From positions 32,001 to 96,000 of the forward strand of contig CAMTVD010000013.1 in NCBI GenBank assembly GCA_947085095.1: DNA of 64,000 nucleotides. Reading direction: 5' to 3'. The position numbers and the translations under genes were made by a program. Each line of letters opens with the position of its first letter. Positions within the stretch are counted from its first letter, which is position 1. The DNA comes from an uncultured Thermus sp. Its GTDB lineage: Bacteria; Deinococcota; Deinococci; Deinococcales; Thermaceae. Shown in pieces: positions 54,764-64,000 of the stretch. Below the pieces are notes generated by a model. The model did no database searches, was not told the DNA's origin, and saw only the letters and a program-made list of their open reading frames with translations.

Positions 54764-57700
54764 CTAGTTCCCCGCTCCGAGCCGCGCCCACGCTTCCAGC
54801 ACCAGCCTCCTGGTGCGGTACTCCCCGAAGCGCTTCATCTCCTTGTCCTTGAGCACCCGGAAGGTCTCGCCGGGGAAGGTGCTCTTTTCCACCCTCTTGC
54901 GGTAGGCCTTCTCGTCCAGGGGGTCTTCCACCTCCTCCTTGTCCGAGAGAATGTCCTCTAGCTCCTTAGGCGTGAGGTCTTTGGGGTCCAGGATGTAGCG
55001 GAGCTGCTTGCGGTTCAGGCCGTAGAGCCGGGCGTAGTAGGCGTCCAGCTCGGCCCGGAGGAGGGCCCTTCGCTCCTCGTCCCAGACGAAGGGGGGGAAG
55101 GGATAGGGCCCCTCCACCCACTCCGGGGGCGCGTCCGGGTGGAGCCTGGCCCCCGCCAAAAAGGCCCGGATGGCCTCCCTTAGCCCCTCGTCCGTTTCCT
55201 GCCACACGTCCTGGGCCAGGGGGGCCAGGTCCCAGGCGGTGTAGGTGAGCTCCAGGACCCGGGGGACGATGAAGCGGAGGTCCTCCGGGCTGTAGGCCGA
55301 GGGGGGGAGGACGGGGAACTGTTTGAGGTAGTGGAAGGTTAAACTTGTTCCACCCACTTTTTGTCTCGCGGCGTAATCCAAAGCTAAGCTAATTAGATTT
55401 CCAAACAAACAAACCGTTAGCGAGGGGAGTGTGTGAGGGAAAAGGAGGGGTGCCTTATGCCCTACTCCAGTTCTAGGCAAAAATGAAACCACTACTGTGC
55501 GCTCATTTGTTGCATTAGTAACATCTCTAAATCCTAAGAACCATCTGTGTTGGTACATCCTTTTCTGAAGACGCTCCTCAACCTCTTCCCTTCGCACCCA
55601 GTACCGGGGCAGGGGCAGGGCGGCGGGGTCGGCCTTCCTCTCGGGGGAAAGCTCCTCGGTTCGCTCTTCCCCTACTCCAGGGAACCCGGCGAAGCGGTGG
55701 TCGTAGTGCCAGAACATCTTGGCCTCGTAGAGGGGCAGGTAGACCTCCTCCCCCCTCACGAAGCGGTTCCCCACCAGCCGGAAGCCCTGGCCCTCGAGGT
55801 CCTTCCGGGTGCGGAAGAGGTGGGAGTCCGAGGTCATGTTGAAAAGCCCCTGTCTGAACTGCACCCCCCAGGGGTTCTCTTCTTTGGGGACCCCTTCCCC
55901 CAAATGAACCGCCGGCCCCTCCCGCCAGAGGACGGGCACCCGGCGGTAGATGGCCTTGGTGAGCTCGGCGTCCTGCCGGGTAGAAAAGATGGGGCATGTT
56001 CCGGTGTTGGGGTTGACCAGCCATATATCCTCAGCTGATAGGCTAAATACTTTGTCGGGGTTGCCCAACTCTACATCGCGTGACAGTCCTGATCCAAACC
56101 TGATGGCTTCAACAGGATGATTTGAGAGGCAAAAGACCGCAAAGAGCTTTTGGTTTAACCCAACATCTTTGAAGTAGACGGCGTTGTTAAAGAGGTAAAG
56201 CGCCGAAAGTTGCCTTTCCTGAACGGCGCTTTGGAAAAACTGCTTTGTTGAATCATCGGTGGCAATGCCCGAAGGTACAACCATCCCCATCCGCCCCCTG
56301 GGGCTTAGGTAGTTCCTCCCTAGCTCGGCAAAATAGCGGTAGGTGTTGGCATCTCCTTTGGCGGTAAGGGAATACCGCCCAGAGAGGCGCATAAAGTTGA
56401 CCGTAGCCGCGATGCTCCCAGCATGATCTAGCCACTCGGCGTATAACCCTGGATTAACCTTTTCCAGCTCCTTGATTTTCTCCTTGCGTTTGTTTCCAGA
56501 CAGATTGGCAATATTTGGGTCCTTTTCCCTGAAAAACTCCTCTTCCTTGGGCTCAAACACTTCCCAGGGCGGGTTCCCCAGGACCACGTCAAACCCACCC
56601 TTCTCCATCACCTCCGGGAACTCCAGCCACCAGTGGAAGAAGCGGTGCCTGGCCTTGGCCTCGTGGATGGCCCCCAGGGTGGCTGGGGGCAGGTAGGTGG
56701 AGCTGTGTAGCTGATCCAGGGAAGCCCGCCCCGCCTGCTGGGCCAGCCAGTTCAGGCCCTCGGCGTCGGGCAGGCGCACCCCAGGCCCGGGGCGCAGGAA
56801 GAAGGCGGCGGTCCAGTAGTCGGCCAGAAGCTCCCACTTCCGCACTGCCTCGCTTTCCCGCCAGCCCCGGTAGGCCTCCCGCTTTTTTTCCACGTCCCGC
56901 ACGTCCCTTTCCTCGTAGTCCAAAACTGGGGGCGGGGGAGGGGCGTCCAGACCCAGGGGGGGCCTGCCCGCCCTCTTGGTGAAGCGGAGGGCCTTCGCCG
57001 CCTCCGGGGGCACGCCCTCCCGCTTGTAGGCCTCCTTGGGGACGCCCCTTTCCAGGAAGTCCCTGGGAGCCCCCACCAGGGAGTTGCCGCACTTCAGGTG
57101 GTGGTCCAGGAAGGAGAGGGGGCGGCCCTTGGCGGCGGCGGCGATCCAGACGGAAAGCTTGGCCAGCTCCACGGCCATGGGGTTCAGGTCCACCCCGTAG
57201 AGGCACCGGGCGGCCACCTCGTGCCGGGCGGCGTAGAGGGCCTCCTGGGCATCGGGGTCTTCCTTCCCCACCCCCCGCACCTCCAGAAGCCTTTCCGCCA
57301 GGTACTCCAGGGCCGAGATGAGGAAGGCCCCCGAGCCCATGGCCGGGTCCAGCACCCTTAGGGAGAGGAGGGCCTCCTCCCGCTTCCTGGGGTCCTCCCC
57401 TGCCTCCTTCAGGCGGGCCTCCACCGCGGGCACCAGGGTTTCGCGGATGACCAGCTGGACCAGCTCCCTGGGGGTGTAGTAGCTCCCCGAGGCCTTGCGC
57501 TCCAATAGCTGGCTTTGCAGGCGGTAGCGGCCCTCCACCAGGCGGGGGGAGAGGGCCAGGATGCCCTCGTAGACGTGGCCGATCTCCTCCACCTCGAGGT
57601 CCCGGTAGTTGATGCGCTCCAGGGCCCCCTCCCGCTCCACGTGGGTCAGGTGGCGGACGGCCCGGAGCAGGGCCTCGTTGCTGGGGCGGGGGAGGTGGGG

Positions 57701-58801
57701 GTTCTCCAAACGCTCCCTTGGGTCCAGAAGGCCCCCGGTGAGGATGGGGAGGGCCTCGGGGGCGAAGAGCTCCCCGTTCAGGGCGGGCACCCCCAGGCGC
57801 TCGTCCCCCCGGTAGACGAGCTGAAAGGTGAGGAGGAGCTTTTCCCAGAGGTCATGCCGCCTCTCGTCCCCGTAGGTGGGGCCTTGGGCGGCCCGGTCCC
57901 GCAGGCGGGAAACGCTGTACTCCTTTTCGTAGACCCAGGAAAGCTCCCCCCCATGGGGGATGAGGTTGCGGCTTTCCGCGTAGAGGAGGAAGAGGAGGCG
58001 GTAGACGAGCCTCAGGAGCTCCCCGTGGTAGGCCTTCAGGCGCTCCTCGTCCTTTAGCTCCTCCCGGAGGCTTTCCGTGAGGAAGGCGTTCCCCAAGGCC
58101 TCGAGGGCCTCCACCACCCCTTTCCTGAGGGCGTCCCGGGCGCGGATGCCCGTCTCCCGGGCGGCCTCGTAGTAGCGGTCCAGGGGCGTTTTGCCCTCCT
58201 TGCCCTTCTGGAAGCGGGAAGGGGAGAGGAGCAGGAGGAGGACCTGGAACTCCTTCAAGGCCGCGTCCCGGGGAGCCTCAAAGAGCTCCACCAGGTTGAA
58301 GGCCACGTACCCGGGCAGGGAAACGTGGTAGTACTTCCGGAGAAGCCGCACCTCCCACGGGCAGGCCAGGATGCCCCAGTCCTGCTCCGGGTGCAGGTTC
58401 AGGTAGGCCTGCAAGAGGGCCTGGGGGCTCTTTTCCCGCCGCCCTGGCCTTTGGTCCAGGTCCAGGGCCACCAGGTGCAGGGGCGGCCCCTCCTCCCCCT
58501 CAAACCCCCGGTGGCTGATGGGGAAGCCCTGGTCCGCCACCTGGAGGTGGCCCCGGTTGTAGGCGGGCCAGAAGCCCAGGGCCCGGAAGAAGGGGAGGAG
58601 CCAGGCCTCCCGGGCCCGGGAGGTGTCGGTGAGGGCGAAGAGGGGCTTGTGGCGCTCGTAGAGGCTGAGGAGGGCGTAGAAGCGCTCCTCCAGCTCCTGG
58701 CGGCTTAGGCTGAGCTCCTTGAGCCTCTCGGGCTGGCCCAGGCTTTCCAAAAACTCCTCGGTGAGGATGCCGCCGGAAACGCGGATGGCGTAGAAGCTCA
58801 T
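54764..58801 (-). CDS. Eco57I-like/type IIG N6-adenine DNA methyltransferase (DrmMI/PglX-like)
   Basis: RKASGSYYTP, VLDPAMGSGAFL, YGVDLNPMAVELAK, GNPPW; C-terminal TRD and RAELDAYYARLYG; likely start ATG 58801. Confidence 0.92.
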   Translation of the reverse strand: MSFYAIRVSGGILTEEFLESLGQPERLKELSLSRQELEERFYALLSLYERHKPLFALTDTSRAREAWLLPFFRALGFWPAYNRGHLQVADQGFPISHRGFEGEEGPPLHLVALDLDQRPGRREKSPQALLQAYLNLHPEQDWGILACPWEVRLLRKYYHVSLPGYVAFNLVELFEAPRDAALKEFQVLLLLLSPSRFQKGKEGKTPLDRYYEAARETGIRARDALRKGVVEALEALGNAFLTESLREELKDEERLKAYHGELLRLVYRLLFLLYAESRNLIPHGGELSWVYEKEYSVSRLRDRAAQGPTYGDERRHDLWEKLLLTFQLVYRGDERLGVPALNGELFAPEALPILTGGLLDPRERLENPHLPRPSNEALLRAVRHLTHVEREGALERINYRDLEVEEIGHVYEGILALSPRLVEGRYRLQSQLLERKASGSYYTPRELVQLVIRETLVPAVEARLKEAGEDPRKREEALLSLRVLDPAMGSGAFLISALEYLAERLLEVRGVGKEDPDAQEALYAARHEVAARCLYGVDLNPMAVELAKLSVWIAAAAKGRPLSFLDHHLKCGNSLVGAPRDFLERGVPKEAYKREGVPPEAAKALRFTKRAGRPPLGLDAPPPPPVLDYEERDVRDVEKKREAYRGWRESEAVRKWELLADYWTAAFFLRPGPGVRLPDAEGLNWLAQQAGRASLDQLHSSTYLPPATLGAIHEAKARHRFFHWWLEFPEVMEKGGFDVVLGNPPWEVFEPKEEEFFREKDPNIANLSGNKRKEKIKELEKVNPGLYAEWLDHAGSIAATVNFMRLSGRYSLTAKGDANTYRYFAELGRNYLSPRGRMGMVVPSGIATDDSTKQFFQSAVQERQLSALYLFNNAVYFKDVGLNQKLFAVFCLSNHPVEAIRFGSGLSRDVELGNPDKVFSLSAEDIWLVNPNTGTCPIFSTRQDAELTKAIYRRVPVLWREGPAVHLGEGVPKEENPWGVQFRQGLFNMTSDSHLFRTRKDLEGQGFRLVGNRFVRGEEVYLPLYEAKMFWHYDHRFAGFPGVGEERTEELSPERKADPAALPLPRYWVRREEVEERLQKRMYQHRWFLGFRDVTNATNERTVVVSFLPRTGVGHKAPLLFPHTLPSLTVCLFGNLISLALDYAARQKVGGTSLTFHYLKQFPVLPPSAYSPEDLRFIVPRVLELTYTAWDLAPLAQDVWQETDEGLREAIRAFLAGARLHPDAPPEWVEGPYPFPPFVWDEERRALLRAELDAYYARLYGLNRKQLRYILDPKDLTPKELEDILSDKEEVEDPLDEKAYRKRVEKSTFPGETFRVLKDKEMKRFGEYRTRRLVLEAWARLGAGN

Positions 58802-58934
58802 AGGGCTCACCTTATAGGGATGGGCATGAGAACCCCCAGACCAAAGCCCCTGGGGCGGGTATTCTCGGATGAAGGGGAATGCGCGCGGCCAGGGGCGGTA
58901 TCTGGAGCCAACATGGCTTAACCACCTGCCCTCG

Positions 58935-61691
<2,757 letters not shown>

Positions 61692-61698
61692 GGTGAAA

Positions 61699-63300
61699 TC
61701 ATAAGCCCAGGTAGCGCCGCACCGCGTCCAAGGGGGTGGAAGGGTCCACCTCCAGGCCCTCCCCTCCGCTTCCTTTGGGGAAGAGGCGCTTCCCACCCCA
61801 GCGGGCCAGGCTCTGGATCATGGTGCCGTCCCCAAGCTCCACGTCCTCGGGGCCCTCGGTGGGCGGGGGTACCCCGGCTTCCCTCAGGGCCTGGAAGAGA
61901 GGGTGGTAGGCCTCGTCTAAAAGGGGAAAGAGTTCCTCCCAGGGGATTCCCAGGCTTGTGGCCCCCTTCCCCAGGGTGAGCGTACGGGGCGGGAACTCCT
62001 CGCTGTTGTAGTGGCTCATCTCCTGGTAGACCCGCTCCCGGAGCTCGAGGGCCAGCTGGGCTAGCTCCTGAGCCCGTCCCTCGGGCCAGTCCCGGTGGGG
62101 AAAGAGAAGTTTGAGGAGGGCAGACACCCACTTGCGCACCGCCCGCACGTCCCGTTGCGTGAGGCCCTTGGGGAGGTCCAGGGCAGGATCAAAGCCCAGG
62201 GGCCTCAGCCTGCGGAAGGCGGCGCTCAGGTAGTCCACCACTAAGCCCGGCCCCTCGTAGAGGAGATCGGGGGTGATCTTGGGGAACTCGTGTCCGGGAA
62301 GAATGCCGTGGATACGGTCCAGAAAAGCCGTGTCCCCCCGGAGGCCTTGGGGCAGGACCCGGGTCACCGGAACCTCTGGGCGGTCGGTGTTTCCCAGAAA
62401 GACCAAGGAGGCCTCCGAGGTAAGGTTCCGCCCTCCACGGCTGAACTGGCCGGACTCCATGTAGTCCTTGAGGATGGAGAGGATGGAGGGATCTTCCCAG
62501 GCGGTGTGGGCCACCTCGTCAAAGACGAGCACCTGGTAGGTGGGGATGAGACCAGGCTTGCGGGTGAGCTGGTTGTAAAAGAGCACCGCGGGGGTCACCT
62601 TTCCCCCCGAGATCACAAAGGCCTCGGGGGAGAGGTTTCTGAGGAGGTAGGTCTTCCCCGTCTGCCTGGGCCCCAGCTCCATCACGTGCAGATTGGGCTC
62701 CACCAAAGGGGCCAGGCGGGCCAGGTAGAGGAGTTGTTGCCTCGGGCTGAGGGCCTGGGGATTGAAGCCCACGGAAGCGAGAAGGAAGTGGGTCCACTCT
62801 TCCTCGGTGAAGAGGCTTCGCCCCTTGAGGTACGGGTCCAAGGTGGTGAGGCTCGCTTGGAAAGGGATGAACTGCTTTACCCGGACCCGCCCCCGCCCCC
62901 CTTCGTAAGCGAGCTCCAGGGTTCCCCACAGGCCGTAAAGTACCCCCGGGTGCTGCTCGGGGAGGTGGTAGTCCACCTCAGCCGGGTACTCCCCCAGGCT
63001 GGGAAGGTGGGCGCGGTGGGCTCCGGTGTCCAGGTCCACCCGGACCTCGAGGCGGTCAATAATGACCACGCGGCCCTGGCGAAGCAGCCGGTCCTTCAGC
63101 CACTCCTGGTGGCCTGGGCCAATGTAGCGTTCCTCCAAGAGGCGGCGCACTTTGTCCACCGCCTCGGGGGTTCCGCCGGCCTTGGCCAGAAGGTACTCCA
63201 CCACAAACCGGGGAACTCGGTGGAACGAGGTCTCCTGAAGCAGGCGCTTTTCCACCACCTGACCCGGGAAAGCTTGAAATATCTTTTCCTTGAAGCTCAC
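61699..63300 (-). CDS. brxL: BrxL-like (MCM-related) ATPase lacking the Lon protease domain
   Basis: FPGQVV, VPRFVVEYLL, RLAPLVEPN, ELGPRQTGKT, FDEV, LKDYMESGQFSRG, DTAFLDRIH, QRDVRAV. Confidence 0.82.
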   Translation of the reverse strand: MSFKEKIFQAFPGQVVEKRLLQETSFHRVPRFVVEYLLAKAGGTPEAVDKVRRLLEERYIGPGHQEWLKDRLLRQGRVVIIDRLEVRVDLDTGAHRAHLPSLGEYPAEVDYHLPEQHPGVLYGLWGTLELAYEGGRGRVRVKQFIPFQASLTTLDPYLKGRSLFTEEEWTHFLLASVGFNPQALSPRQQLLYLARLAPLVEPNLHVMELGPRQTGKTYLLRNLSPEAFVISGGKVTPAVLFYNQLTRKPGLIPTYQVLVFDEVAHTAWEDPSILSILKDYMESGQFSRGGRNLTSEASLVFLGNTDRPEVPVTRVLPQGLRGDTAFLDRIHGILPGHEFPKITPDLLYEGPGLVVDYLSAAFRRLRPLGFDPALDLPKGLTQRDVRAVRKWVSALLKLLFPHRDWPEGRAQELAQLALELRERVYQEMSHYNSEEFPPRTLTLGKGATSLGIPWEELFPLLDEAYHPLFQALREAGVPPPTEGPEDVELGDGTMIQSLARWGGKRLFPKGSGGEGLEVDPSTPLDAVRRYLGL

Positions 63301-63310
63301 ATTCCCTCCT

Positions 63311-64000
63311 TCAGGCTAGCAACTCGTCCAACAGGGGGTTGTCGCGACGGATCCCGGGCTCGGAACCCGGGCCCGGGGGCGGTAGGGGAGAGGTGGGAGG
63401 GGGTCCCTCCGAGGTGCGAGCTTCATGGAGGGAGGGGGCAAAATCCGCCAGAAGGTGCTCGGGATAGAGAGGGTAGACCATGCGCATAAGAACGCTCTCT
63501 CCGGGAAACCAAGGCTCGGCCTCGTAGGACTCACCCCATCGGCGGCCCGAGGTGGGGCCCAACACGTAGGCGAACTGGTGGTGCTCCGGCCAGTTCCTCA
63601 CCAGGACCCTAGGGGCTGCCGCTGCTACCAGGGTGGACCAGAGCTCTTCTGGGATCTCCCTCAGGGGCCTTGGTCCAAGCCTCTCCGCCAGACGCTCGGC
63701 CGTCTCGCGAAGGGTTTCCTTAACCTCGCCCACATCCCCATCCCAAAAAGCCTCCAATACCCCTTCCTGAACCAGCTCAAAGGCTGCGGCCCGGACCTGG
63801 GGATGATCCGAGGGCAGGTCCTGGGACACGCGCAGCACGAGGGGGTTCTCCTCCCGGGATGCGGAGGGAGGGGTGAAGGACTCTAGCTGGCTGAGGGCCT
63901 GCTGCGCCCGGTTCCGCTCCCGTTTGAGGGCTTCAAGGTGCTCTTGGACGAGGCTCAACTCCTTGAGGAGGAGGAGAAAGTGGACCTGGCGCTCGGTAAG
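63311..64000 (-). CDS. C-terminal part of a larger unknown protein (5'-truncated by the window)
   Basis: Frame stays open to base 64000 (LTERQVHFLLLLKELSLVQEHL...); coiled-coil stretch, globular domain, Pro-rich tail; followed by AGGAGG and the brxL start. Confidence 0.7.
   Translation of the reverse strand, partial: LTERQVHFLLLLKELSLVQEHLEALKRERNRAQQALSQLESFTPPSASREENPLVLRVSQDLPSDHPQVRAAAFELVQEGVLEAFWDGDVGEVKETLRETAERLAERLGPRPLREIPEELWSTLVAAAAPRVLVRNWPEHHQFAYVLGPTSGRRWGESYEAEPWFPGESVLMRMVYPLYPEHLLADFAPSLHEARTSEGPPPTSPLPPPGPGSEPGIRRDNPLLDELLA

Overview
GC-rich, Thermus-like DNA with two parts. Bases 1-39.4 kb are metabolic: a polyamine ABC transporter with catabolic genes (aminotransferases, GNAT, amidohydrolase, aldehyde:ferredoxin oxidoreductase), an AidB-like acyl-CoA dehydrogenase, pxpBC, yyaL, nadC-[vapBC]-nadA-nadB, and the 4-hydroxyphenylacetate (hpa) and phenylacetate (paa) clusters with PaaR- and PfmR-type operators. 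Bases 39.47-64 kb are a defence island. Its main minus-strand run is: partial ORF > BrxL-like ATPase without a Lon domain > SNF2 helicase > Eco57I/DrmMI-like adenine methyltransferase > [inverted cassette of RecQ-PRTase, DprA-like and UvrD-like genes] > DEAD/DUF1998/Vsr-like helicase (in-frame TGA cuts off its last domain) > RelE-UvrD fusion > a divergent, catalytically dead long prokaryotic Argonaute. The Argonaute 3' end overlaps a degenerate type I-E-like CRISPR repeat-spacer-repeat unit. A second, oppositely oriented repeat and a vapC remnant mark the island edge. The best candidate for an undescribed system is this Argonaute-coupled DISARM/BREX-like helicase-methylase operon. All calls come from reading motifs by eye and from remembered reference sequences. 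No database searches were run.
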